DNA of 64,000 nt from an uncultured Acidobacteriota bacterium (GCA_963822445.1 CAWGHO010000003.1:384001-448000); one strand, 5' to 3'. Numbered from the stretch's first letter, positions 37,964 to 49,649 are shown. A program made the numbers and translations. The notes: generated by a model not told the origin, from the sequence alone.

Positions 37964-38677
37964 TCAACCGATACCGAACAACCCTGCCTCGCGCTGGATC
38001 CGCGGCTCGATCACGCGCGCCTTTTCGTCGGCGATGCGGCCGTGCTCGAGGGTGATCACGCGGCGGCCGCTGGTGCGGATCAGATCGCGATCGTGCGTCG
38101 CCAGGAGTACCGTCGATCCGCGCAGGTTCGCCTCGGCGAAGATCTGCACGATCTCCGTCGAAAGGTCGGGATCGAGATTGCCCGTCGGCTCGTCGGCAAC
38201 GAGCACGAGCGGATCATTGATCAGCGCGCGGGCGATGGCGACGCGCTGCTGCTCGCCGCCGGAGAGCTGCGGCGGATAGGCATTCAGCTTGTGATGCAGG
38301 CTGACCATGCGCAACGCCTGATACGCCTTTTTCTTGTGCTCTTTCGGCGGGACGTTGAGGACGGTGAGGATGAAGGAGAGGTTCTCGAAGACGGTCATCC
38401 GCTCGATGAGCTTGAAGTCCTGGAAGACCATGCCGATCTCGCGGCGGAAGTAGGGGAGCTGCGATTTCTTCATCGACGCGAGATTGCGGCCGTTCACGAC
38501 GATCTGTCCTTCGGAGGGCTCCATCTGCCGGAGGATCAGCTTGAGGAGCGTCGATTTGCCGGCGCCGCTGGGCCCGGTCAGGAAAACGAACTCGCCCTTG
38601 TCGATGTGAAAGGTCACGTCGTACAGCGCGGTCGAGTAACGGTCGAAGCGCTTGGTGACGTGGTAGAAGTGGATCAT
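37964..38677 (-). CDS. ftsE: Cell division ATP-binding protein FtsE
   Basis: GEFVFLTGPSGAGKST, IGMVFQDFKL, LSGGEQQRVAIARA, ADEPTGNLD. Confidence 0.95.
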   Translation of the reverse strand: MIHFYHVTKRFDRYSTALYDVTFHIDKGEFVFLTGPSGAGKSTLLKLILRQMEPSEGQIVVNGRNLASMKKSQLPYFRREIGMVFQDFKLIERMTVFENLSFILTVLNVPPKEHKKKAYQALRMVSLHHKLNAYPPQLSGGEQQRVAIARALINDPLVLVADEPTGNLDPDLSTEIVQIFAEANLRGSTVLLATHDRDLIRTSGRRVITLEHGRIADEKARVIEPRIQREAGLFGIG

Positions 38678-38712
38678 GGCGGCTGTCCTGCGCTGTAGTT
38701 TACCTCGCGTTC

Positions 38713-39194
38713 CTTAGTTCACCCCTTTGAGTTCACCCCGCGCGAAGACGCGGGGTCAATGGAGCAACCTTCGGAATGTCCGATTGGTACGTGTACATCA
38801 TCAGCAACAACGCGCACACGCTGTACACAGGTGCTACGCACGACCTGCCGAAGCGGATTCAACAGCACAAGGAGCGCACGTACGCGACGTCTTTCACCGC
38901 GAGGTACACGTTCGACCGGTGCGTGTACTACGAATGGGTCGGCGCGCAGACAGCAGCCATCGAGCGCGAACAGCAGATCAAACGGTGGCCGCGGAGGAGG
39001 CGCGTGGCGCTGATCGAGAGCGTGAATCCAAACTGGATCGATCTGAGTGCGCGATGGGCGCTCGATCGAGTGCTTTCGTAGGTTGGTTTCCGCTCTCAGT
39101 TCACCCCGCGCGAAGACGCGGGGTCAATGGAGCAACCTTCGGGATCTAGCAGGTTGCGCCGCTGATCCCGCGTCTTCGCGCGGGATAAACTAAG
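38713..39194. mobile_element. GIY-YIG cassette flanked by REP-like hairpins
   Basis: Identical 45-bp direct repeats at 38730-38774 and 39098-39142, inverted third copy at 39151-39191, partial copy at 38716-38725; outer ends CTTAGTT / AACTAAG are inverted. Confidence 0.7.
38776..39081 (+). CDS. Small stand-alone GIY-YIG nuclease family protein
   Basis: YVYI...LYTG.T.DL..R..QH...FT..Y...VYYE...AIEREQQIKRW.R...LIE..NPNW.DL. Confidence 0.92.
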   Translation: MSDWYVYIISNNAHTLYTGATHDLPKRIQQHKERTYATSFTARYTFDRCVYYEWVGAQTAAIEREQQIKRWPRRRRVALIESVNPNWIDLSARWALDRVLS

Positions 39195-39201
39195 AAACCC
39201 C

Positions 39202-40389
39202 CTACGAACCCCGCAAAGCCACCGCCACCGGCGTGCGCACCGCGCGAATCGCGGGGAACAACCCGCCGATCAAGCCGATGATCAGCGCGTAGGCGATGGC
39301 CCAGGTCATGAGGCGGGCGTTCACGTCGAAGGCGAAGGCGACCTGGCTGAAGGTCTGCCAGTTCATCGTCGCGGTGCGGTAGCCGTCGAAGGCCAGGTAC
39401 GCGCCGATGGCACCGACGGCGCCGCCGACCAAAGCCAGGAGCAGAGCCTCGAAGACGACGGAGATCATGACGGCGCTGCCGCGGAATCCGAGGGCTTCGA
39501 GGGTTGCGATCTCGCGGGCTCGGGCGGAGACGGCGGTGTACATCGTGTTGAGCGCGCCGAAGATCGCGCCGAGTCCCATCAGCGTGCAGACGAACACCGC
39601 CAGCCCACGGACGAGACCCTGCAGCGTCTTCGACTGCTCGGCGTAAAACTCCGTCTCGCGCTGGATCTTCAGATTCACGCGCGGGTCGGCGGTGAGGGCG
39701 TCCTTGAACTGATTGAAGCTGCCGGCCGAGGCGAGTTTCACGAGAACGGTCTGATAAGAGTTGCCTCGCTGGTACGCGGGTGCGAGCACGGCTGCATCGG
39801 CCCAGACCTCCGATTCGGAGATCCCGCCGCTGCCTTCGAAGAGGCCAACCACCTTCCAGCGCGTCTGGCCGAACTTCATCTCCGTCCCGACATCAGTCTT
39901 CGCGAACTGCGAATGCGCGGAGCGTCCCACGATGACCTCGTTCGTTCCCCAGCGGAACATCTGCCCTTGGACGATCTTGATCTCCGGCCGCACGGCGAAT
40001 GCTTCCTGCGTCACGCCGCGCATGGGCACGTTCGCGCTGGTGCCGGTCGACCGTTTCTCCAGATCGACGAGCACGAACAGCTCCGGTGACGCCATCGGCT
40101 TGTCGCCCTGTCGCGCGACGGCGGGCGCGTTGCGAATCACATCCACTTCATCGCGCGCGAGCACGCTGGACATCTCGCTGTCCGAGCCGCCGCGCAGCAC
40201 GACCACCGAATCCGGCGAGCCGGCGACGGTCATCACTCGCGCAAACCCTTCACCGATGGAGAGCACGCCGACGAGCACGGCGACGACACCCGCGACTCCG
40301 AACACTGCGGCGGCCGCGGACCCGAACCGCGCGGGAAGAGTGCGCAGGTTGAAACCGATCAGCGCCGCGATCTGTGAGAACCAGTTCAT
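39202..40389 (-). CDS. MacB/FtsX-family ABC permease
   Basis: N-terminal TM, periplasmic domain, GALNTMY..V..R.REIATL.ALGF, GGLFPAIRA. Confidence 0.9.
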   Translation of the reverse strand: MNWFSQIAALIGFNLRTLPARFGSAAAAVFGVAGVVAVLVGVLSIGEGFARVMTVAGSPDSVVVLRGGSDSEMSSVLARDEVDVIRNAPAVARQGDKPMASPELFVLVDLEKRSTGTSANVPMRGVTQEAFAVRPEIKIVQGQMFRWGTNEVIVGRSAHSQFAKTDVGTEMKFGQTRWKVVGLFEGSGGISESEVWADAAVLAPAYQRGNSYQTVLVKLASAGSFNQFKDALTADPRVNLKIQRETEFYAEQSKTLQGLVRGLAVFVCTLMGLGAIFGALNTMYTAVSARAREIATLEALGFRGSAVMISVVFEALLLALVGGAVGAIGAYLAFDGYRTATMNWQTFSQVAFAFDVNARLMTWAIAYALIIGLIGGLFPAIRAVRTPVAVALRGS

Positions 40390-40392
40390 CGA

Positions 40393-41543
40393 CTACTCCC
40401 TCCGCAGCGCGTCGACGGCGTTGAGGCGCATGGCCTGCAGCGCCGGCAAGAGGCCGGTGATGATGCCCAGAAGAACCACGAAGACGATGCCGCGAATGAT
40501 CTCGTCGGTCGCGAAGTAGAAGACCGGCAGCGCGCCGCCGGTCGGGTCGCCGCCCTTCACCATCAGCCATCCGATGAGCAGGCCCAGGCCTCCGCCGACT
40601 CCGGTGATCAGCAGCGATTCGACGAGCACCATCATCAAGGTCTGCGCGTCGGTGAAGCCGATGGCTTTGAGCACGCCCAGCTCGCTGGTCCGCTCGCGCA
40701 CCGCCTGGGCCATGGTGTTGCCGGCCACGAGGAGGATGGTGAAGAAGACCGCGGTGAGGATGGCCGTGACGATCGCGCCGATGTTGCCCATCTGCTCGGC
40801 GAATCCCTGCATGAACGCTTTCTCGGTTTCCGTTCGGGTCTCGTGCGGCGAATTGGCGAAGCGCTCGTCGATGGCTTTCACCACCGCTTCGGCGAACTTC
40901 GGGTCCTTCACCTTGATGTTGTACCAGCCGGTCAGACCCTCGCCGCGGAGTCGGTTCTCATCGAGGTAGTCGTGGCGAAAGTACATCGACGCCTCTTCGA
41001 CGTTCTCCGTCGCGCCGGTGTAGATGCCCACCAGATCGAACGTCCAGGTGTTGCCGCCGCTTTTCGGCGTGTTCCAGGTGGCCTGGATGGGGATCTTCTG
41101 GCCGACCTTCCAGCCGAAGCGCTCCGCGAGATCACGGCCGGCGATCGCGCCGGTGCGCGTCTTCAGCCACGCTTCCTTTTCCGCGGGCGTGAGCAGGTAC
41201 TCGGGGTAAATCAGAAAGAACTCTTCAGGGTCGACAGCGACCTGCCCGAATGGCGAGCGATTGTCCTGATACAGACCGCCGAACCAGGACGCCTGCGTCG
41301 CCACGGCCACTCCTTCGATCTGCTCGATGCGCGCCTCGTACGCCTGCGGCAACGGTTGAATGAGGCTGATGCGATTGCGGACGACGAGGCGATCCGCGCC
41401 GGCCACGCTCACGCCCATCTGAAAGGCCTGGCGGATCGCGGCGAGATAGCCGAAGAGGATGAACGCGACCATGATCGAGAGCACGGTCAGGATCGTGCGC
41501 GTCTTGTGGCGCTTGAAGTTGGACAGGATCAGGCGCAGGAACT

Positions 41544-41547
<4 letters not shown>
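40393..41547 (-). CDS. MacB/FtsX-family ABC permease
   Basis: RTILT, NTMAQAVRERTSELGVLKAIGF, GLLPALQAMRL..VDALR. Confidence 0.9.
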
Positions 41548-42227
<680 letters not shown>

Positions 42228-43448
42228 GCTGTTTCTCCCTACTTTTTCGACTTCCACGTTTTCCCCATCCACCAGCTCCGGCCCTTCGATCACGACCTGC
42301 TCGCCGCCGCTGACCCCGGACGCGAGACGCACCACGTCGCCTTCGGTGCTCATGACCTTCACCGCGCGGCGCTCGACCTTCTCGTCCTTCAGGACGAAGA
42401 CGATGTCGTTGTTGCCGTCGCGGCGGATGGCGGCTTTGGGGATCTCCACGGACGTCGTCACGCGGCTCGGCGCGGTATCGCTGGTGATGAACGAGACCTT
42501 CACGGCCATGTCCGGCAGGATGCGCTGGTCGCGCTGATCGAAAGCGATGCGGACTTTCACCGTCGCCTTCTGGCGATCGGCGGTCGGCACGGCGGTGATG
42601 ACGTGGCCGGGGATGCGCCAGTCGGGATAGGCGTCGAGCACCGCTTCGATCCGCTGATTCGGCGTGACGCGGTTGATGTAGGCCTCGTTCACGTCGACTT
42701 CGATCTCCAGCGAGTCCATGTCGACGATCGTGCAGATGCCGGTGCGGGTGAAGCCGCCGCCCGCGGAAACGGGGGAGATCATCTCGCCGGGCTGCGCGTC
42801 CTTCGAAACGACGATGCCGTCGAACGGCGCGCGGATGATCGTGTCTTCGACGTTCTGGCGCTGCAGCGCGGTCTGCTGCCGGGCGGTGTTGAGCTGATCG
42901 GCCTGCGCGTTCAGTCTCGCCTTCGTCGCGTCGAGTTGCGCTTTCGCGCGATCGACGTCGGCCTTGCTCGAGATCTCGCTCTGCGCGAGCCGCGCCGCGC
43001 GCTCGTATTCGAGCTGCGCCTCGCGAATGCGCACGCGCGTCTCTTCGAGCGCACTCGCCGCCGCCTGCGCCTCGGCCTGAGCGACCGAAAGCCCGCGCGA
43101 AACGTAAGAGGCATCGAGACGCGCCAGCTCCTGACCGGCTTTCACGCGCATGCCTTCCTCGATGAAGACCTCGATGACTTTGCCGGTGACTTTCGAGGAA
43201 ACCGTGGCTTGCCGGCGCGCGGTGACATATCCGGTCGCGTTCAGCACCGCGCCCTGCGATTGACCGGCGGCGATCGCTTTCGCGGGAGCGACGCGGACCT
43301 CTTTGCCGCCGCCGCGGAGGAGGGTCCAGGCCAGTCCGCCGAGCACGAGAATGGCGACCGGCACGATCACCAGCCATTGCGAGCGCCGCGGACGATCCTC
43401 ATCGGCGCGCTGGATCCGCAAACCCTCGAGTGCAGCCTTGTCGACCAT
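42228..43448 (-). CDS. MacA-like periplasmic adaptor (efflux MFP); runs in frame into the ATPase in this sequence
   Basis: TM, ATGYVTARRQATV, coiled coil, IRAPFDG, LPDM; no stop before the ATPase; start 43448 or 43460. Confidence 0.88.
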
Positions 43449-43479
43449 TGGACGGGCCATTATCGACACTAAGCGTCCG

Positions 43480-43496
43480 GTAACAAGTTGTGACAA
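43480..43496 (-). promoter_or_regulatory. OmpR/PhoB-type direct repeat upstream of the efflux operon
   Basis: Minus strand TTGTCAC-AAC-TTGTTAC (10-bp period), 15 nt upstream of GATAAT. Confidence 0.5.
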
Positions 43497-43547
43497 AGGA
43501 AACGGTGGCGTTACCGGTGCTGGATGGCCGTTACCTCGCGTGCGACC

Positions 43548-45142
<1,595 letters not shown>

Positions 45143-45146
<4 letters not shown>

Positions 45147-45820
45147 CCAGAATCCTGATTGTCGAAGACGATCCGGCGATGTCCGTCGCACTGCGCGACG
45201 GATTCGAGTTCGAGAAACATGTCGTGACGATGGCCGCCGACGGCGACGAGGGCTTCCGCCTGGCCAGCGACGGCGATCACAACGTGATCATCCTCGACGT
45301 GATGCTGCCGAAGAAAAGCGGCCTGGATGTGTGCAAGGAGCTGCGGCGGAACGGCAAGCAGACGCCGATCATCATGCTCACCGCCCGCGGTCAGGAGATC
45401 GACAAGATCGTCGGTCTGAAGCTCGGCGCGGACGACTACGTGACCAAGCCGTTCAGCTTCATGGAACTGCTGGCGCGAGTCGAAGCGGTGCTGCGACGCA
45501 TGGCGCGCACGGCGGCCGGCGATGAGTACAAGTTCGGCGAGATTCAGCTCGACTTCCGCACGTACCAGGCCTTGAAGACAGGCGCGCCGCTGGACCTGAC
45601 GCCGCGCGAGTTCCGCATCCTCCGCTACTTCATCGATCACACCGATGAGGTGGTGAGTCGCGAGGCGCTGCTCAATCACGTGTGGGGTTACGACAGCTCG
45701 GCGTTCACGCGCACAGTCGACACGCACATGGCCCGTCTGCGGCAGAAGATCGAGAACGTGCCCGGGGAGCCGAGGCACCTGATCACGGTGCATCGGGTCG
45801 GGTACAAGTTTGTGCCGTGA
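45143..45820 (+). CDS. OmpR-family response regulator
   Basis: [23 protein letters not shown], winged helix [12 protein letters not shown]; ATGA overlap with the kinase. Confidence 0.95.
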
Positions 45821-45822
45821 AG

Positions 45823-45912
45823 CGGGTTGGCGAGTTGTCGGGTGATCAGGTTGTCAGGTAGTTCTTTTCCGTCTGACACCGGACAACCTGACAACCCGAC
45901 AACCTGACAACT
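45823..45912. repeat. Inverted pair of tandem octamer arrays (CRGGTTGT x5 ... GACAACC x4-5)
   Basis: cgggttgg cgagttgt cgggtgat caggttgt caggtagt ... ggacaacc tgacaacc cgacaacc tgacaact, between convergent genes. Confidence 0.9.
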
Positions 45913-46729
45913 AGTGCGCGAAGCGCTCGAGCACTCCCAACATCAGCGCGATGAATTCCTTCTTCACGCGGGCCGTGGTGTCCATGACCTCCTGGTGCGT
46001 GAGCTTCTGCTTGAGGATGCCCGCGGCCATGTTGGTGATGCAGGAGATGCCGAGGACGGGGATGCCCATGTGGGACATGGCGATGACCTCGGGGACGGTG
46101 GACATGCCCACCGCATCGGCGCCGAGCGTGCGGAACGCGCGGATCTCCGCGGGCGTCTCGTAAGTCGGGCCGGAAAGCGCGAGATACACACCTTCCTGCA
46201 GTTTCAGATTCATCTTCGCCGCGACTTCCTTGGCGATGCCGCGCAGCGATTCGGGATAGGCCTCGCTCATGTCCGGGAAGCGGACGCCGAGTGCTTCGAC
46301 GTTCGGGCCGCGCAGCGGATTCACGCCCATGAAGTTGATGTGATCGGAGATGAGCATCAGGTCGCCGGCCGAGTACGACGTGTTCACGCCGCCCGCGGCG
46401 TTCGTGACGATGAGCTTCTTGATGCCGAGGCGGCCGAGGACGCGGGAGAGGAACATGACTTCTGCCATGTCGTAGCCCTCGTAAAAATGCACGCGGCCCT
46501 GCATCACGGCGACGTCGATGCCATTCGCTTTCCCGAGGATCATCCGGCCCTGGTGGCCCAGGACCGTCGATGCGCGGGCGCCCGGAATCTCGTCGTAGGG
46601 GATCGTCACGCTGGTCTCGACTGCTTCTACGAATTCGCCGAGGCCGGACCCGAGGATCACGCCGACGTGGGGCTGGACGGTGCTTTTGCTGCGGATGTAG
46701 TCGACCGCGGTCGTGATCGCGTCAATCAT
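45911..46729 (-). CDS. punA: Purine-nucleoside phosphorylase (trimeric type)
   Basis: ILGSGLG, GRVHFYEG, TNAAGG, GPTYETPAE, GADAVGMSTVPE, ITNMAAG. Confidence 0.94.
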   Translation of the reverse strand: MIDAITTAVDYIRSKSTVQPHVGVILGSGLGEFVEAVETSVTIPYDEIPGARASTVLGHQGRMILGKANGIDVAVMQGRVHFYEGYDMAEVMFLSRVLGRLGIKKLIVTNAAGGVNTSYSAGDLMLISDHINFMGVNPLRGPNVEALGVRFPDMSEAYPESLRGIAKEVAAKMNLKLQEGVYLALSGPTYETPAEIRAFRTLGADAVGMSTVPEVIAMSHMGIPVLGISCITNMAAGILKQKLTHQEVMDTTARVKKEFIALMLGVLERFAH

Positions 46730-46799
46730 GGCGGGCGAGTATAGAGGAGGATCGTTTATCCTTGCGGCCGGTTCCAAATCGCACAAGACGGAGTAAGCA

Positions 46800-48200
46800 A
46801 TGGAGCGTTTCACTGCGCTGATCGGGTTCGTTGCGATCCTGCTGATTGCGTTCGCCATTTCCACCAACCGGCGGGCCATCAAGTGGAAGCCGGTGTTCTG
46901 GGGCCTCGTCCTTCAGATCATCGTGGCCATCCTGGTGCTCAAGGGGGTCTGGATCGCGAACGCGCTCGCTCCGATCGCCCTGCCGCTGGAGCGATGGGGC
47001 GCGGCGCTGATCTTCATCCTCGCGGCGATCATCGCCACCCAGATCGCGAAACGCATTGCTCCCGGAGCGCGGCGCATCCTCTGGATTGCCTTCGGCGTCT
47101 TCGCGCTCTACCTCTTCCTGGCCTTCAACCTCCTGGCCTTCCTCTTCGAGACGATGAAGGAAGTGGTGAACCGGCTGATCGGATTCACGGCCGAGGGGGC
47201 GAAGTTCGTCTTCGGGAATCTCGCGGTCGGTGAGCAGCCGATCGGCTTCGTGTTCGCCGCGCAGGTGCTGCCGACGATCATCTTCATCGCCTCGATCTTC
47301 GCGATCCTCTACTACATCGGTGTGATGCAGCACGTGGTGAAGTTCTTCGCGAAGATCATGACCCGCTTCATGGGCGTGTCCGGCGCGGAATCGACGTCCG
47401 TGGCCGCGTCGATCTTCATGGGTCAGACCGAGGCGCCGCTGACCATCCGGCCGTTCCTGCCGGACATGACCCGGTCGGAGCTGATGACCATCATGACCGC
47501 GGGCATGGCTCACATTTCCGGCGGGATCATGGCCGCATACGTTCTGATCGCGAAGGTCGACGTCATCCACCTCCTGACCGCGGTGATCATGACCGCGCCG
47601 GGCGCGATCATGATGGCCAAGATGGTCGTGCCGGAGGAAGAAGAGCCGAAGACCGGCGGCGACGTGGAAGTGGTGGTGCCGCAGCAGGACGTGAACGTGA
47701 TCGACGCCGCCGGACGGGGCGCGATCGAAGGGTTGCATCTCTCGTTGAACGTGGCCGGAATGCTGATCGCGTTCATCGCCCTCGTGGCCATGGTGAACGG
47801 GATGTTCGGCTACGTGCACGGTTTCCTGGCCTGGTTCCCGGCCAGCCTTGACATCCTCCTGGGCTGGATCTTCCGTCCCATCGCCTGGGCCATGGGTGTT
47901 GCCTGGAAGGACAGCCTCCAGGTCGGCAACCTCCTCGGCACGCGCATGGTGCTGAACGAGTTCGTGGCCTTCGCCAAGCTCGGCCCCATCGCCGACTCCC
48001 TCGATCACCGCAGCTTCGTCATCGCCACGTACGCCCTGTGCGGCTTCGCGAATTTCTCGTCCATCGCCATCCAGATCGGCGGCATCGGCTCGCTCGCGCC
48101 CACGCGACGCGGCGATCTGGCGAGGCTGGGGTTGAGGGCGATGATCGCGGGAACGCTGGCGAATTTCTTGACGGCGACGATTGCGGGGATGTTGTTGTGA
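46800..48200 (+). CDS. nupC: NupC/CNT concentrative nucleoside transporter
   Basis: VLPTIIF, IFMGQTEAPL.IRP, NEFVAF, YALCGFANFSSI. Confidence 0.93.
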   Translation: MERFTALIGFVAILLIAFAISTNRRAIKWKPVFWGLVLQIIVAILVLKGVWIANALAPIALPLERWGAALIFILAAIIATQIAKRIAPGARRILWIAFGVFALYLFLAFNLLAFLFETMKEVVNRLIGFTAEGAKFVFGNLAVGEQPIGFVFAAQVLPTIIFIASIFAILYYIGVMQHVVKFFAKIMTRFMGVSGAESTSVAASIFMGQTEAPLTIRPFLPDMTRSELMTIMTAGMAHISGGIMAAYVLIAKVDVIHLLTAVIMTAPGAIMMAKMVVPEEEEPKTGGDVEVVVPQQDVNVIDAAGRGAIEGLHLSLNVAGMLIAFIALVAMVNGMFGYVHGFLAWFPASLDILLGWIFRPIAWAMGVAWKDSLQVGNLLGTRMVLNEFVAFAKLGPIADSLDHRSFVIATYALCGFANFSSIAIQIGGIGSLAPTRRGDLARLGLRAMIAGTLANFLTATIAGMLL

Positions 48201-48203
48201 GCT

Positions 48204-48243
48204 TGGGTTGCGGGGTTACGGAGTTTCGCGGTTACGGGGTGGA
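48204..48243. repeat. Left tandem octamer arm (GGGGTTRC-like x5) of the four-helix-bundle element
   Basis: tgggttgc ggggttac ggagtttc gcggttac ggggtgga. Confidence 0.88.
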
Positions 48244-48307
48244 TCCGAGGTAGACTCGCGGTCCCACCTGCGCCGGTCGCGTTTCACGCCTTCCGACCCA
48301 ACCGCGT

Positions 48308-48766
48308 ATGTCTTCATTTCGGGAACTTCATGTGTTCAGGCTCGCGCTTGGACTGATGCGAATGGTGTACGCCGAAACGGCGGCGTTTCCCAGTCACGAG
48401 TTGTACGGCCTCACGTCGCAGATGCGACGCGCATCGATTGGCATTCTCAGCAGCATCGCCGAAGGTGAAGGGCGCCTGACGCCCGGCGAGTGGCGCCACA
48501 TGCTCAGTCAATCACGCGGGTCGCTGTTCGAAGTGGAAGCGCAGGCGCTCGCGGCTCACGATCTCGGATATCTCGACGAGGAGAGGCTCGCGAAACTCGA
48601 GCGTCAGATTCGCCGCGTCGGGAAGGCCCTGATCGGCTTCATCCGCTTCGTCCAGTCAAAGGAGGAAACTCCACCCCGTAACCCCGCAACCTCGAAACCC
48701 CGCAACGTCACCGAAGCAGCGCCAGCAACCCCGCAAAATCACCAGGCACATCCGCCTGAAACGTAA
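48308..48766 (+). CDS. Four-helix-bundle protein (23S rRNA IVP / Avd-like family)
   Basis: SFRELHVF..A..L...VY..T..FP..E.YGLTSQMRRAS..I..SIAEG.GR...RGSL.EV.....A.DLGY; reads through the right repeat arm and overlaps rluD. Confidence 0.92.
   Translation: MSSFRELHVFRLALGLMRMVYAETAAFPSHELYGLTSQMRRASIGILSSIAEGEGRLTPGEWRHMLSQSRGSLFEVEAQALAAHDLGYLDEERLAKLERQIRRVGKALIGFIRFVQSKEETPPRNPATSKPRNVTEAAPATPQNHQAHPPET
48670..48707. repeat. Right (inverted) tandem octamer arm of the four-helix-bundle element
   Basis: tccaccccgt aaccccgc aacctcga aaccccgc aac; inner 14 nt are perfectly complementary to the left arm. Confidence 0.88.
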
Positions 48767-49649
48767 GCGTGCTCCCGCGATGCTCAAAGGTGATCCTCCA
48801 CGCATGCAACATCTGCCTTTCGATAGCGGCGATCGCTTTCTGGATCTTCTTGTCCGGGATGCCGCGCCATTGGGGGCCGGAGTAGACGGGGTCGCCGATG
48901 ATGGGGTGGCCCAGATGTTTCAGATGCACGCGGATCTGGTGGGTGCGGCCGGTGCGGAGGGAGCAGCGGATCAGCGAGGCGTGGCGGAGGCGTTCCACCA
49001 CTTCGTAGTCGGTGATCGCGCGGCGGCCGGTCGGGACGACGGCCATGCGCTTGCGGTTGTGCGGGTCGCGACCGATCGGGGCTTCGATCGTGCCGCGTGA
49101 CTCGGTCGGCGTTCCGTAGACCAGGGCCAGGTACTCCTTGCGGACCTTGTCCGTGTTCCAGGCCGTGGTCAGGGCGCGGTGGGTCTCGTCATTCTTCGCG
49201 ATCACCATCACGCCGCTCGTGTCCTTGTCGAGCCGGTGGACGATGCCCGGGCGGATCTCGCCGCCGATGCCGCTCAGGTCCTTGACCCTAAACAAAAGCG
49301 CGTTGACGAGCGTCTGATCGGCATGTCCGGCCGCGGGATGCACGACGAGACCTGCCGACTTGTCGATCACGACGAGATTCTCATCTTCGAACAGCACCGT
49401 CAGGGGCAGATCCTGGGCTTCGACGGTCGAAGGGGCAGCGGGCGGAATGTCGATCTCGATCTGCTGCCCTTCCTCCACGCGATGGGAGGGTTTGCCTACG
49501 GTCCGGGAGTCGACGCGCACCGATCCGGACTCGACCAGGCGGGCCAGAAAACTCCGGCTGAAGTCGGGGAAGAGCTCGCCCAGAGCGCGATCGAGACGGG
49601 CGCCGGCCTGCGCGGGACTGGTCTTCGCGGCGCGCGTGGTGTCGGTCAT
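48708..49649 (-). CDS. rluD: 23S rRNA pseudouridine synthase (RluA family with S4 domain)
   Basis: RLD..L...SRS S4 domain, GLVVHP, RPGIVHRLDKDTSG, TGRTHQIRVH, GDPVY. Confidence 0.93.
   Translation of the reverse strand: MTDTTRAAKTSPAQAGARLDRALGELFPDFSRSFLARLVESGSVRVDSRTVGKPSHRVEEGQQIEIDIPPAAPSTVEAQDLPLTVLFEDENLVVIDKSAGLVVHPAAGHADQTLVNALLFRVKDLSGIGGEIRPGIVHRLDKDTSGVMVIAKNDETHRALTTAWNTDKVRKEYLALVYGTPTESRGTIEAPIGRDPHNRKRMAVVPTGRRAITDYEVVERLRHASLIRCSLRTGRTHQIRVHLKHLGHPIIGDPVYSGPQWRGIPDKKIQKAIAAIERQMLHAWRITFEHRGSTLTFQADVPGDFAGLLALLR

Noticed and set aside
38776-39081. GIY-YIG ORF as uvrC or an intron homing endonuclease
   Set aside because: Only 101 aa, lacks the other UvrC domains, and is not within an intron or interrupted gene
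38730-39191. Hairpin repeats as a CRISPR array
   Set aside because: Only 2-3 copies per locus, mixed orientation, no regular unique spacers, no cas genes
48308-48766. DGR or rRNA intervening sequence
   Set aside because: No reverse transcriptase, no TR/VR pair and no rRNA sequence in the window
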